Shown here: one piece after another, positions 49,387-63,404 of the stretch | Position numbering within the stretch: the first letter of the stretch is position 1 | Layout: every line of letters starts with the position of its first letter | Origin: Octopus sinensis | Taxonomy: Eukaryota | Assembly: GCF_006345805.1 (NCBI RefSeq) | Contig: NC_043009.1 | Location: 34,224,001 to 34,288,000, forward strand | Reading direction: 5' to 3' | DNA: 64,000 nucleotides | The notes under the pieces: generated by a model | What the model was told of the DNA's origin: nothing | What the model saw: the letters and a program-made list of their open reading frames with translations, nothing else | Databases searched by the model: none | Translations under genes and position numbers: made by a program

Positions 49387-52300
49387 ACTTCCTCATTGAC
49401 AAATGATATTGACCTCATTTTCATGTCTGGTGTTTCCAATGGTCATATTGGGTGGCATCGAGATAGCCTCCATGGAATGCATGGAGGCAATGGCAGTGGT
49501 AGATCTACCATAAAACTAATGAAGCTTAAGCTTCAGGGTCCCTAATCTTGGAGGGGCCTCCTCTGAAGCAACCTAATTTTTTCAATTTTTTTGTTTTTGT
49601 ATTTTTCCATGCAGATTGCTGTTACCAGTCTTAGTGGACATCATATCATACTCTTACACAGAGTCTGGCCACATGTTGTTCACCTGATGTTTCTGCCAGT
49701 GTGGAGTAGCATAAAAATAAAAGTACAGATGACTTGAATTATTTTGGAATCTTTAGCCCTGCCCCTCCCATTGTCAAATATGTCTACTACTACTACATCA
49801 GCATGGTAGAGATAAGAATTCTTATTTACACACCATTATTTAATGACCAATGAAAGGGTTTGTCTCCTAATTTTGGACTTACAATCTGTTCAGTAACAAA
49901 GCAATTTTCCTACTTTAAAAATTGTTTGAATATCACCTTGTACAAAATGAACAATTCTTAAATTTATGACTATATATTAAGTTGTGGACCCTTATCTTGA
50001 TTGATCTCCATCTCCCTGTGGCTAGTGAAAATATTACCCCAATTTGCTTTTCACATAGGTCTAGGCCCCAAGAGGAATAGCAATGTCTTCATGAAAGTAA
50101 TTCAGCAGATACCAGAAACACTAATTCAAAGAAAAGTAATCCAACGAAATTTCTAAACGTTAAAAACTATCAAACTATTTTACAATGTCAAGTAAAAGTT
50201 TGTCATCACCTGCAACTGAAACAAGCTATGCAAGCACCAGTGAAATCAATGATAGGGTACAAGCCATGAGTGCTCTGTATTGCAATAATCAACCTACTAT
50301 TGACACTTTTGATGCAGATGATGATCACGGTGGTCAAGAACTTCAAGAAAAAAGAGCGCAGAAAAAGGAAACAAGAGGCAAATTTAGTGATTTCAAAGAA
50401 TACAGTGACATGGCAAACAGGCTTGTAACAATTGATAATGATTTCAAACAAAACTGTTTAATGCAAGTCATCAGTTTTTTTTTTTTCAAAATAAAAAACC
50501 AGATAATGTATATACTGAGTCCAACAAGATTTACAAACAGCAAAATCAAAGTTTCTCAAGCAAGTTCTTTGAAAAAAAAGATTGAAAAATGGTCAGACTG
50601 TGAAGAGATTCTGGTTAGTTTACTCAAAGAGCAAACTCTCTTCTAAATGCCAAATATCACTTACAACAGGTGGGTTTTCTGATTGGATGAATATACTCTG
50701 AACTCTCGAAAATCATGAAGACAGCATGAAAAATAACAGGGCGATGTTGAGCTGGCTAACACAAAAGTCAAATGAAACCCTTGTGGATCAGCAATTTGAG
50801 GAACAGTTGAGAAAAAACATACAGTACTATTTTGAAGAACTAAAAAGACTTATAGCAGTTTTATAGTTTTTAAGTGAAAGAGGTTTAGCATTTAAAGATC
50901 ATGAGGAAAAGTAGAGCTACGCAGATAATAGAAATTTCATGGGGAGGGGGCCTTGAGTCTATTGTGAAGTTTGACCCATTTTTACATGAACATTTAGGGA
51001 AATGTAAAAATGGAAAAGTAAATATTACTTACCTATCCAAATCTGTGTATGAAGAATTGACAGAAATCATGGGAAAACATGTGAAAGATGAAGTGTTGAA
51101 TCAGATCAACAACCTAGACATCAAATACTACTCAATTATTGTTGACTCTACACCTAACATGATACATGTTGACCAGCTGGTAATTGTGGTTCAATACTGT
51201 TATAATGGAAAACTCTGTGAGAGATTTTTAGCATTTTTGCCAATAGAAAAACATTCATCCACGACCTTACTCAACAGAATAACAATTTCTGGAGGAGCAT
51301 AAGCTTTCACTTAAAAATATCCATGGTCAGTCATACGATAATGCTCCCAACATGAAGGACTCAGAGAAAGGGCTGCAAGCACTTCTTAAAATCATTAACA
51401 GGTATGCAGATTATGTACCATGTGGAAGCTATTAACTCAACCTTGTTTGGTAAAAAGCAGTGTCTACTGTACCTGAAGTTGTTGACCATTTGGCATCTTG
51501 AAGCAGCTGTATGTTTTCTTCCTTGAAGATGAGGGATTTTGAACACACAGGCCAATCTAAGGAGCTTAAGTGTAACTAGATGGTCTGCACACTATGAAGC
51601 AGTCTGGGCAATTAAAAATGGATATAGATATTTAACAAACTCCCAAACATATGCTTGAAGACTCTGAAGAGAAGCCTGAATGTAAACAAGATGCAAAGAA
51701 TTTATACCACAAGTTGGTAAAATTGGAATATGCTGTTTTAACAGTCGTTTGGGAAGAAGTAACAGAGAGTTTTGACAAAACAAGTAAGAAACTCCAAACC
51801 TCTAGGTCTGATGTATTTGAAAGTTACCTTCTGCTAGCATCTTTGCTTTCATTTGTTAAAGAACTACGAGAAAATTCAGCCAATAGAATTGCACACTATG
51901 AATCAGTAGCAAAAGGTTTATATGAATATGTCACCTCAAATTATTCTGATGTTTCCAAACACATTGTTACAAAGAAATTTGCAGTTAGAACAAGTGATAG
52001 GGCTTCTTTGAAAGGAGCTGAAAAATTTAGAATAGAAGTTCTAAATCAAGTCTATGGCTGCTTGAAAATCCAGTTGAGCAAGAGAATGGACCCATATGAG
52101 CAGATTGCGAAAAGGTTCAATTTCCTCTCAGAATTGATGAACAATTTAGAACCTGATGAGAACAGTATCAAACTTATAACATTGCATTACAAAGATGATG
52201 TTTACCACAAATTAATAAATGAGTGTTATCAGTTCAAAGGGTATTTACACCTTAGGAAATTCCGGAACACAGGAGATAACACACCATCTAAAATGCAACG

Positions 52301-53185
52301 CATATGAATTCTTCAGCTTACTTATGAGCAACAATTAATTGAAGTGTCCTCTAATATTACCACTGCACATAATCCATACTTGACAATGCCTGTCATGAGC
52401 TGTGAAGCAGAAAGGAGTTCCTCAAAGCTTTCCTTTGTTAAGCATAAATTTTGGTCTACCATGACTGAAGAGCACTTAAATTCCTTATGCATATTGTCTT
52501 TAGAAAATGACATTGCAAGGAAGCTGTCATATGACAAAACTGTTGCTACAAAAAGCAGACAAAAGAGTATTTTGTAATTTTCATTTGTATCTTAATGATG
52601 CATCATGCATGTATATAACTCTTCCCTAAGTTTCAACCCATGTAACTCTAAAAGTATAAGCATAGCCTGGAAAATATTTGTAGCGATCTGCAATGGATAA
52701 CCATGTCAACAAAGATATCGGTGATTACCCACACCTCATTTCTGGTGGAAAGAGGGCTCACTTTCAGACTCATTTTTAAGGACTCCACATCACAACTCCA
52801 CCATCTGGGCTATCAGGACCTCAAGCTGGAGTTCCTTGCAAGGGCACAAAAATTCTTTGACCCTACTGTTGCTGGTCACAATATTGTAGATCTGCTACTG
52901 GGCTATGGAGTGATTCCAGCAGGGAACAAAGCTATAAGAGTATTGTGAAGAAATAACCTAATGATATGCAACTCTGCTCCAGAAAATGAGCCAGTCACCT
53001 GATCACCTATCAATCTGGTGGCCACACAAACCAGGTTGACTATGTTCTCACCATAAAGCTCATGAATGCTCTCTTCAACTGAGGTTAGATTTTAGCAACT
53101 TCAGATTTCAAGCAAAACAGTCTGGAAAAGGAAGATATAGAAGCTTAAGGATCCTTTTGACTAGTTAGAGATTTAGAGACATCCA
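49387..53185 (+). mobile_element. RTE endonuclease fragment split by the hAT (49387-49493 and 52901-53185)
   Basis: Left side IFMSGVSNGHIGWHRDSLHGMHGG. Right side continues YG..NNLMICN..HLITYQSGGH..QVDY..SDF..WKRKI.KLKDP. Confidence 0.75.
49494..52900 (+). mobile_element. hAT transposon with both TIRs; transposase pseudogene ~50185-52577
   Basis: TIRs CAGTGGTAGATCTA / TAGATCTGCTACTG. TSD ggcaatgg (49486-49493) / ggctatgg (52901-52908). DUF4371-like ITYLSKSVYEEL..YSIIVDSTP..ERFLAF and hATC dimerisation SCEAERSSSKL..TMTEEHLNSLCIL. Confidence 0.92.
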
Positions 53186-55299
53186 AAGTAAAACAGTAGA
53201 ACCTGGTGCCGGCCGTGATAGCATGTGTTGACAAGTTGCAAGTACAAAAGATTTATAAAGTGGAATAAATAATTTTTCTGAGAGGAAGAGAAATTTATGT
53301 CATGCCAATTAATAAATAAATAAAAATTTCATTTTGGAAACTTTTCATCTTTAATCATTTTCAAAAAGTTATAATATTCTCATGACTTATTCTTCATTGT
53401 AAACCTTACTCTAAGTATCAATAAGTATCAATAATATCTTGTAATAAGTTGAATTAAGTATGACTCTTTCCTACAAAATTTAGGTCAAACAGTTTATGAA
53501 CACATCCCAACAAAACAGACTTATAATCAAAAGTCTTCTGACCAGTACTGTAACACTTTTTCATGCATAATTTATTTAGAAGCACATTAACCAATGCATC
53601 CATTTTTTTTTTAATACTTTTGCTAAAGACAGGGGAGTATGACTTTAAATGAATGTGACTACTATTTCTTGCAGGTTAAGTTACCATATAGAAGTCCTCT
53701 CTTATTGGCTCCTCTGTGTTCATGTCTTTAAAAAAAAACGATTGTTTGAATTTTATCCTTGAAATAAATTTTTCTATATGCTTTTTATCATTTCAGTCTT
53801 TGCTTGTTCTCTGAATAAGTTTGTATGAACAAATGTGCAAATTCATAAAAAGATTTCAAAGTCCAATAAAGAAGATTGCATTGTTGAAATAGCTTATAAG
53901 CCTTTCCTTGCAACGTTTTCTTTTAACTTTTTGCAAAAAGAAAGAATTTACAAACTTTCTGATATCTGATAATAACTGGTATTTTGAATCTTACCGAAAT
54001 GCGAGAAATTTAACGTGAAATAACTTCGTAAATATAAGTTTTTCTCAAAAATGCTAACAGTAAAAGATGTTTTATATGACATTCTACCAGTGTCCAAAGT
54101 TTGAAAGTGTTTAGTTACAAAAAGTTATTTTTTAAATCTGTAGGTCAAAAGGTACAGGTTATTTCTTTCAGCATATTTCTACTTTCCTACTTTCTTCCAA
54201 AGTCCAATGATTCTCTCATCAGCAGAAAGAAGTTTATTCTTTGATGAAGAGGCTAAAACATGCCTGGAGTTAAGTACTATATTCATTGAAGCTTCAAAAA
54301 AATTTTCCATCTACATAATTTTTTTATTCTTGTTAGCTTTTTGATATTTTCTGCATTAAAAATGTTAATACTAACTGTTATTAATGAAAAGGGCTTGCAA
54401 GAAAATTGAAGCTAAATATTCAGCTTTGGATGATATGACAGAGTAGAGTTGATTATTTACAATATTTGTGCCTTGGAACGACTTGTGCGACCAGGTGAGA
54501 TTCAAAATCTAACGCCAGGTGTTAATCTAAAAAAGCTTGTAAAAAAAAAGGAAAAAATCAACGACTAGTTGACTTGTCCTCTTCAAAGTAGTCAAAATAT
54601 CCAACACGTTTGGAGTTTTGCTGATCATGGTATATCAATCAATTCAACATAATCATATTTTTCCGAGGAATTTGTATGTTCGAAGTGGGGGGAGTAAAAA
54701 AAAAACACGATAGAATTATTTCCCTTGGACTTGTCTCCCAAGACACACGTGGGGGGGGGGGGAAGAAACGATAATGATTTAATAATGAGAAAATTAATCA
54801 ATAAATGTATATAAGAAAAGAAAGCTCTGAAAATAATTAGATTTAAGTGTGCTGGTAGTTTTAAGTATTTGGGAGTTTGTTGGCATATCAAAGAAACGAT
54901 ATATATCTATGAATGACTGATAAAACATCGACACAGCGATGTAACTAAATGCAATCCAGTAGGTTGCCTCAAAACTTTCCAAAGGTGCACCAGTGTTCCT
55001 TGGTGCAATGTAGAATTGATGCATAACCCTTTATTTTGTTTATTTATTTACGAATTTCTTTCTTTTTATTGTTTACTCTTGCAAATTGTTTTCTTTCGAT
55101 GAATAAAATCCAATCGTTTCCAATAAAGATTTCAGATTCATTGAATAATGAAGAAGAAGAAGAAATAATTTTCTGTTAGAAAGACCTAATATTATTTTAA
55201 AATAATTAATTGCCGAAAGTTGCAGCATTAAAACATGAAATATAAAATAGTTTTGAACACATACACACGATCACACGCGTACGCGAAAGTCTGTTCTGT

Positions 55300-55417
55300 C
55301 TAGCGTCAGTTTAATCAACCAATCGAATGCCACCACGTTAGTTGGTGCAGACCACATGATAAGATTACGTGTGAACCGGCAACAGTGAGTGGAAGTGGCT
55401 ATCATTTTCCATTGTCA
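55300..55417 (+). promoter_or_regulatory. Candidate promoter/5' exon
   Basis: CCAAT at 55319-55323 and GGAAGTG at 55391-55397 in unique sequence immediately upstream of a strong donor. Confidence 0.35.
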
Positions 55418-55533
55418 ATGAGTAAGTAACTTTACAATAATAATAATAATTAATTTTATTGAATTATTTTCGAAATCTCCACTACTCAAACTTAATAATG
55501 TATTTGCTAATTTCAGTTCGCTACCTTGTTGTT
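55418..55533 (+). CDS. Candidate split N-terminus MIRYLVV (exon end 55418-55421, 95-nt intron, 17-nt microexon 55517-55533)
   Basis: ATGA|gtaagt ... tttgctaatttcag|TTCGCTACCTTGTTGTT|gtaagt. Spliced frame is open. Product not recognised. Confidence 0.4.
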
Positions 55534-55721
55534 GTAAGTAATTATATATAACAGCGTCATTGCTCACCGCCCTCCTCCTTTTTTATGTTAACTTGAAATC
55601 TCGATATTTTAACGTGTTACCTGAGGGAATGGCAGGTACCGTTGTTCATTTCTGATTGCTATTTCATTATTCAATTCCACTAACTTTTAATATAGCTCCT
55701 GTGCTGTCGATATTTTCTCAT

Positions 55722-55753
<32 letters not shown>

Positions 55754-56682
55754 GTAAAGACTTAATGGATTTTTTTTTAATTACACAAACATTAAAACCA
55801 CCACAAGGTTTTATAGACGAGACAAATTAAAATATTTTATTGAACACATTAGACACATTATGAGGGTTGGTCGGTCTACTGACTGTAGATCAGGAAAAAT
55901 ATCGAAAACATAACGTAGCGTACATTAGAACTGGCATTTGACGAGCTAAAATAAAACACTGAGGGAAAAACCATTGAATCTTTGTGTTTAACAAGCTTAC
56001 CTAATGCAAATTTTTATTAATGGCAGCACATAACGTCTCTTTCAAACTGAAGCTTTCTTCTATAAAACAACCCTAGTGTCATTGGAATTATAATAGACGA
56101 AACATAAGCAAGATAAAATTTCATCAAATTAATTTCCTTTTTCTCTGAAGTGCACGAGAGACCCATGTGAATGACCTGAAATGGAAAGTGGGTTGTTCGC
56201 CGGTATCTAGCAGTCACCGCTTTCTTGCATATTTAACAAAATGGTCATTTGCTATTTTCTCCTCTTTGCTTATTTAATTACCTGTTAAGGTTTCCAAAAT
56301 TCTCAAGTCTGCCCCCTTCACCAATTATAGTTCCTTGTTCTATGCAATCAAAGTAGTTAACGCACATGTTAGCACAAGAAATGTTTGCTTGGATTTCATT
56401 TCCTTACCTCACTTAACAAGGAGTAGTAGTAGTGAATTTGAGTACATTAAAGTCATGTACTCCTATAAAAAAAATCGTCGATGAGAATGGACTCACAAAA
56501 ACGAGGGAGTATCTTTTGTTGCTAATATAGTCTGCTACAAATAGTGACCCAAACCCACCGTTTAAAAAAAAATGGACATGAAATGATGTAGTTCACTGCT
56601 TGTAAAGCGACTTGGGGTGATCATGGCTGGTATACTTTTAATCAAAAACCTTCATATAAAAGCTTGACATGCTAGTAATAAG

Positions 56683-56721
<39 letters not shown>

Positions 56722-58549
56722 AAGGGGAGTGATGCATTTTATGATGTAGTCTTACATTGATTTGTGTGAAGACTAAACGATGATCACGTCTAGAACACTT
56801 GATGATTGGCCTGCTTCAGTCGGGGATTAACCTAATCGCTCTGATGAACTGCTACATAATTCATTACCAAATTTACTGTAATAAATAGTTTGTACCCATT
56901 TCACTTATGATGCTCCGGTGAAATGAATGAATGTTAGATTCTCATATTTCCCTTTGTAAATTTGAGGGCTTTGTCCCTGTATAATGAAGAAATCAATAAT
57001 CTAGTCGCCCGCCCCGATTACTGTTCATGGTTGCAGGCATTTCATTTTACTATTGCATATTATTGAAATTTATGACTGCCACAAAGATTCTGTTTCTAGC
57101 CTTCCACCCTTTTAAATAGCAAACGTTTGTGCTTTTAATTAATAGAAAAAGAACCCATCTAACAGCTCATCCAGCAAGCAACCCGTTTGCAGCCATTGCA
57201 TTTTATTTTCGACCCTCGGTTCCTCGTGATAGGCATACCCGCCACATACTCTGCTTATGCTTTTAATATAAAGTTTTGTGCTTTACTTAACGAGAAGAAA
57301 TAAATACATTAAATAGCTAGATGAATATATGTGTGTGTGTGTGTATGCACGCTGGCGCGCGTACGTACGTTCATTACGTCTACTAAAGCTAAAATGTAAT
57401 CGGACGGCTATTTCGGTTCGAAGGTCCTGATACAAATTACCCTCGTTAACGGAAAAGACAATATAGCTCAATGTTAATCAGTATTAGTATTATAACTTAC
57501 ATGGCTGTTCGAGCAGCAACAATTAAACATAACTAAATAAATGTAACATCGGTGTGCATTTCTAACACAGTACAGAGTATTAAGGTCTGCTTTGCTTTGG
57601 GATAAATGGTTCTGCTCAATGCCCATAGCCTAGGATTAGTCTTCGCGACCCAGTTTCGATTTCTAGTTGTAATTTAAATTTCTTAATATATAATTCCATT
57701 AAGAGAAAATGCACGAGCTCCACACAATCTCGTTTGAAATTCCTGCCTTCTCATTCCTATTAAAAAATCTTAATTAAGGATCTTGTTCACGTAAGTGATA
57801 AATCGTTATTTTTCGTCGCATGTTTTGACTCCCCCCTTCCCTTTTGTAGTAAGCCAGCTGAAATATTCCAGTTGAACCAATGATGGCTCCAACTGCTATA
57901 AACAGCTATCCATAAACTACTACTTCACATCCTATTTGCTTAAAAAAGGTATTGGATAGTGTGAACTGTTAAAGACGGGATTGTCACGACTGGAATGCCT
58001 TTGATAATAGGTTTGTTTGTTCGACCCTGGACAAAGCAACGGTTGCCGTTAGGAATATTATGGCAGAGGAAATGATTCCCCCCCCGACAGACAAAATTGT
58101 TTTACCATCCGGTCTAGATATATTATTTCTAGATTGTTCGTCCTCCGATCGTTTTTCTTTTTTCTCTCTCTCCTACAAAAAGGGGGGAAAAAAGTTTTTT
58201 TTTTTAATGAATAAAACTGTTTTAGAATCACTTTTAAATTTTTGCTCAAAAGAAAGGATTCTAAATTTCGAGTTGTCGTAAATTAATAGTTTGAACTTTT
58301 ATCGAACAGGTTATTGAGTGACAAATCGATGAACAAAACTGGTTCCATTATTAAATACGATGTTAATAATGGACTCTCATTCAATATTATATGTAGATCA
58401 ATTTCCGTCTTTTTTTTTACGTTTTAATTCACTAATTTCTACTCGTCTCTATCGCTAACATGCATGCAACATGCTTCTTTGTGCATAAATGTTTGCCTAA
58501 TAATTGGTCACACGCACACGAACATAGACACACGTGTGAGGTGTATGTG

Positions 58550-58630
<81 letters not shown>

Positions 58631-59427
58631 AATGAAGTAACATTGTGTTATAAGTTTTTGACATTATGCTTCTTCTTTCTGCCCGCTTAGTTCCTTTTAT
58701 AATAGATGTGCAGATATTTCAAAGATTTAATTTAGGTAACAAAAATTGAAATCATTGTTTCTTTATATACCATCATTTGTTCGTGTTGCATTTTGTCTTG
58801 ACATCAGTTTGTTTGCAATCCTTCATGAGATCTTGTCTGGCCGAAGGGAAAACTTTTTGGGAAATTGAAAGGACATCAGGTTGTAGAAAATCTACTTCTA
58901 CAAATTCCGTCCAAGATGTGAGCATTAAACGATGATGAAAATTGACTTAATGTGTAAATTTCAAGATCTTTTAAATATCCCCATTATAAGTATTTGTTAA
59001 TACGTAGCTCTAGTACAGCCACTCATTGTTTGATTACCTGTTACTTGGTTTTATTATATGTTTTTATTATTGCACCTACACTAATGTTTTTGTTACCTTA
59101 GTAGTTGATGAATCCTCAATGTTTGGATTAAATGTAACATGGATTTGTGGGTGTGGTGCTTGTATTTGACATAAGAGCTAGACAGAAATGATTAACATAA
59201 AATTACACCAATGCACACACATGTAGTAGGCTTGAAAATGGATGAATATAATTAACTTTACTTTTAAGATGTGATGTAATAGAATGTATTAAATACTCTG
59301 TAATCTCTCTCTCTCCCTTATATAAGTGTGTTTGTGCAGACACACGCACACATATGTATATGGTCCATGCAGATACAAAAAATTCCTTATAAAAAGTGAT
59401 TAAATCAAAACAGTATTATCAGTGTAT

Positions 59428-60310
59428 GTGGCAGATAGATAGAGGGGAATGGAAGAAGTGGGAATGGTAGGTATCAAGAAAATGAGTTGTGGAATAAAGA
59501 TCCATCAGGGACAGATTGTGTGAGGGGCATGAACGTAAATGATATGCGTTTAAGGCCTCATTTTTGCACAGTAAATCACCAATTGCCTTGATCCTTTGGT
59601 GTTGGGAAGGGCATCCAAACCACATCAGATTGGAACCCGGTGCAGCTCTTCTGCTTGCCAGCTCTGGTCAAACCATCCAACAACCCATGCCAGCATGGAA
59701 AATGGATGGTCATCACACACACACACACACACAGGTTGGTAACCAAAGCCTCTCTCTCAGAGTGAAAGGTAGATTGTATGATGCTTGTATGAAAACAGCA
59801 GTGTTATATGGTAGTAAAACATGAGCCCTGATTTTGAAGGCTTGAAAGAAATTAGGCTAGCATGCTCCACTGGATGTGCAACATCTATATACAAGTATAA
59901 CTGCAAATACATTGAGAAAAAATAGCATGAAAGGTATCAAATGTAGTGTGCAGTAAAGACAATTATACTGATATCATCATGGGATGCAGCATTAGCTGAT
60001 GACAGCTCCACAAAGAAATGCTAATTGCTAAAGGTGGATGGAACCTGTTGAAAAGGGACCCTCAAGATGTGGGATGAAGTAGTGAAGAATGTTGAACTTC
60101 ATGGAGTTGACAAAGGACTGAGGCAATTGATGATTTACTGTGCAAAAATGAGGCCCTAAAGGCATATCATTTACATCCATGTCCCTGCACTCAATCTCTC
60201 CCTGATGGATCTTTATTCCACAACTCCTCTTGATACCTACCATTCTCACGACACCCACTTCCTCTATCCATGTTCACCACTCACTGCACTCCCCTCTATC
60301 CATCTGCCAC
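59428..60310. repeat. Inverted pair (59428-59588 / 60121-60310) enclosing RTE debris
   Basis: gtggcagat.gatagagggga, ggtaggtatcaaga..gagttgtggaataaagatccatcaggga and ggcctcatttttgcacagtaaatca are all mirrored. Confidence 0.85.
59590..60110 (+). mobile_element. RTE tail and degenerate RT C-terminal fragment
   Basis: ggaagggcatcc..catgccagcatggaaaatgga tail, then LSLRVKGRLYDACMKTAVLYGSKT. Confidence 0.7.
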
Positions 60311-60952
60311 TCTCCTTTTATCACTTGCAAACTTAATCTGCTTGCTCACATTGTCCAATCCTCTGTACCACTTCTGTTATATTCACCTTCCTGTAACTTC
60401 AGAGTATGCCCTGTCATCATCTTTTCTCTCTCTCCCTCCCACCCTCCCTTTGCTCTTTTCCAACTGGGATTGCATGTATGTCCTCTACAGCAAGATACCT
60501 GTTTCTGTGTAACCTCTCATCACCTAGCACAAAGCCTCCTCATGTTATATGACAACCGCTCAGTTGAGCAGTCTTGTCTTGTGAGTTACTTGATGTCACT
60601 GGTACAAGTGTCATTTAAAAAAGCACTGGCATTAAGAAGGGGCACATGCCAAAGTAGACATGGAAGCTTGGCCCAGTCCTTTGGCTCACCATCTGAATTG
60701 TCCAACTCACAACTGCATAGAAAATGGATGTTAAATGATAAGGTAGTTTGTATGGATGAAAGGTTTATTACTAATATCTTACATACAATAAATGCAATGT
60801 GTGCCCTATCAGTCAGTCTGGTAGAAGGAGACTGAAACAAATGGAGTGGGAGTGAGTGACTGTCAGAGACAGTAAATGCAGGTGAACGTTAGTAAAAGGT
60901 TTCACTCTGAAGTCACAGGTATTTTAAAGTAAAACTGCAAATTTTTGTCATA

Positions 60953-61750
60953 AGGTACGAACAGCCATGCTACATGGCAGTGAAACATGGGCTGTGACTG
61001 CTAAGGACATGCGTAAGCTTGCAAGGAATGAAGCCAGTATGCTCCGATGGATGTGTAATGTCAGTGTGCATACTCAACAGAGTGTAAGTACCTTGAGAGA
61101 AAAGTTGGACCTAAGAAGCATCAGATGTGGTGTGCAAGAGAGACAACTGCGCTGGTATGGACACGAGAATGGATGAGGAGAGCTGTGTAAAAAGTGTGCC
61201 TCACTCTAGCAGTTGAGGGAATCTGTAGAAGAGGTAGACCCAGGAAGACCTAAGATGAGGTGGTGAAGCATGACTTTCGAACATTAGGCCTCACTGAGGC
61301 AATGACTAGTGACTGAGACCTTTGGAAATATGCTTGCTTGAGAAGACCCGGCAAGCCAAGTGAGACCATAACCTCGTGGCCTATGCCAGGGGTGTAACCA
61401 GCCCACTTATGCATACCTTTCCTTCATTGGACATTAAACTCTGCTTGCGAAGACCTGTTGAGGCAAGTGAAATCGAAATCAAATTCAATGACTGGCATCT
61501 GTGCTAGTGGAGCGCTAAGAGCATCATCCGAGTGTGATCATTGCCAGAGCAGCTAACTGGCTTCTGTGTCGGTGGCACGTAAAAGCACCCACTACACTTG
61601 GAGTGGTAGGTGTTAGGGAGAGCATCCAGCTGTAGAAACTCTCCCAGATCCGATTGGAGCCTAGTGCAGCCATCTGGTTCGCCAGTCCTCAGTCAAATCA
61701 CCCAACCCATTCTAGCATGGAAAGCGGACATTAAACGATGATGATGATGA
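60953..61750 (+). mobile_element. RTE LINE 3' fragment with (GAT)n tail
   Basis: MLHGSETWAVTAKDMRKLARNEASMLRWMC..LRWYGH. Ends gcggacattaaacgatgatgatgatga. Confidence 0.9.
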
Positions 61751-61763
61751 TATATATGTATAA

Positions 61764-61823
<60 letters not shown>

Positions 61824-61854
61824 ATATATGTGTGTGTGTGTGTGTATATATATG

Positions 61855-61887
<33 letters not shown>

Positions 61888-61988
61888 ATATATGTGTGTG
61901 TGTGTATATATATATGTGTGTGTGTGTATATATATATGTGTGTGTGTGTATATATGTGAGTGTATATATGTTTATATATATATATGTG

Positions 61989-62021
<33 letters not shown>

Positions 62022-62200
62022 ATATATATGTTTGTATATATATATGTGTGTGTGTGTTGTATATATATATATATATATATATGTTATCAATTCATTCATT
62101 ATTAATTGAATTAATGGAGGTTCTGTCTCAATTCTATATATATGTATATATACACATATATATGTGTCTGTGTGTGTGTATATATGTTTGTATATATATA

Positions 62201-62235
<35 letters not shown>

Positions 62236-62432
62236 GTTATCAATTCATTCATTATTAATTGAATTAATGGAGGTTCTGTCTCAATTCTATATATATGTAA
62301 TATATCGTGAAATTTTATTTAGTATTACTAAATCGAGTCTGTTTTCCCCGGTTTCCTTGGAATTTTATATTCCTTACTATTAATTATTATATCCATGTAT
62401 ATGTGTGTGTATGTATGTATATATATATATAT

Positions 62433-62465
<33 letters not shown>

Positions 62466-62480
62466 TATATGTATGTATGT
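61751..62480. repeat. (TG)/(TA) microsatellite with a duplicated ~67-bp unique unit (62080-62146, 62233-62298)
   Basis: tatgttatcaattcattcattattaattgaattaatggaggttctgtctcaattctatata occurs twice. Confidence 0.9.
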
Positions 62481-62482
62481 GT

Positions 62483-62860
62483 ATCATCATCATCATTTAG
62501 CGTCTGCTTTCCTTGCTAGCATGGGTTGGACGGTTCAACTGGGGTCTGGGAAGCCAGAATGCTGCATCAGGCCCAGTCTGATCTGGCAATGTTTCTACGG
62601 CTGGATGCCCTTCCTAACGCCAACCACTCCATAAGTGTAGTGGGTGCTTTTTACGTGCTGGACGGGGCTGGCAAACGGCCACGGTAGGACGGTGCTTTTT
62701 ATGTGCCACTGGCACGGGGACTAGGTGAGGCTGGCAATGGCCATGATTGGATGGTGCTTTTTATGTGCCACCGGCACAGAGGCCCATCGGGGCGGCGCTG
62801 GCAACGGCCACGTTCGGATGGTTTGCTTACATGCCACCAGCACTGGTATCACAGCTACAA
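62483..62860 (-). mobile_element. RTE 3' tail
   Basis: tcatcatcatcatttagcgtctgctttcc..ggctggatgcccttcctaacgcc. Confidence 0.8.
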
Positions 62861-62879
62861 TTTCCATTGATGTTGATCG

Positions 62880-63305
62880 ATGTATATATATATATAGGTA
62901 TGTGTATATATATCTATGTGTTTGTATATGTATGTATATATGTAATGTATATCTATGTATATATATATATTATATATGTATGTATTTATATATGTATGTA
63001 TATATATATATATATGTGTGTGTGTATGTATATATATGTATTTATATATATGTTTGTATATATATATATGTGTGTGTGTGTGTATGTATATATATATGTA
63101 TGTATTTATATATATGTTTGTATATATATATATGTGTATGTATATATGTGTGTGTTTATATATATGTGTGTATGTATATATAGATGTGTGTGTATATATA
63201 TGTGTATGTGTATATGTGTGTATATATATATATGTGTGTGTGTATTTGTATATGTGTGTATATATATATGTATGTGTGTGTGTATATATATATGTTTTGT
63301 ATATA
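62880..63305. repeat. (TA)/(TG)/(TATG) microsatellite
   Basis: Direct reading. Confidence 0.95.
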
Positions 63306-63404
63306 TAAATAAATGTCTGTTTATCAATGTAAAATTACTTCTAGTTGTGATGTCTTTTTATTTTGGTAGCTCTTCATCTCCGTTATCGGAATATATATAT
63401 ATAT

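Noticed and set aside
49387-49545. Apparent exon after a strong ttttgcag acceptor with an open frame
   Set aside because: The peptide is RTE endonuclease (G.FNGH.G motif) running into the hAT TIR.
53975-54135. Fourth copy of the GGATC MITE
   Set aside because: Only the internal region is similar. Termini differ and no TSD is present, so it is probably a related decayed family.
56851-56945. CTGATGA-ACTG...CGGT-GAAA hammerhead candidate
   Set aside because: Stem II pairs, but no convincing stem I or stem III/NUH site. At most a decayed relic.
58690-58930. Exon candidates downstream of the 55.4-kb gene start
   Set aside because: Frames are incompatible or stop. 58830-58930 is a degenerate RTE tail.
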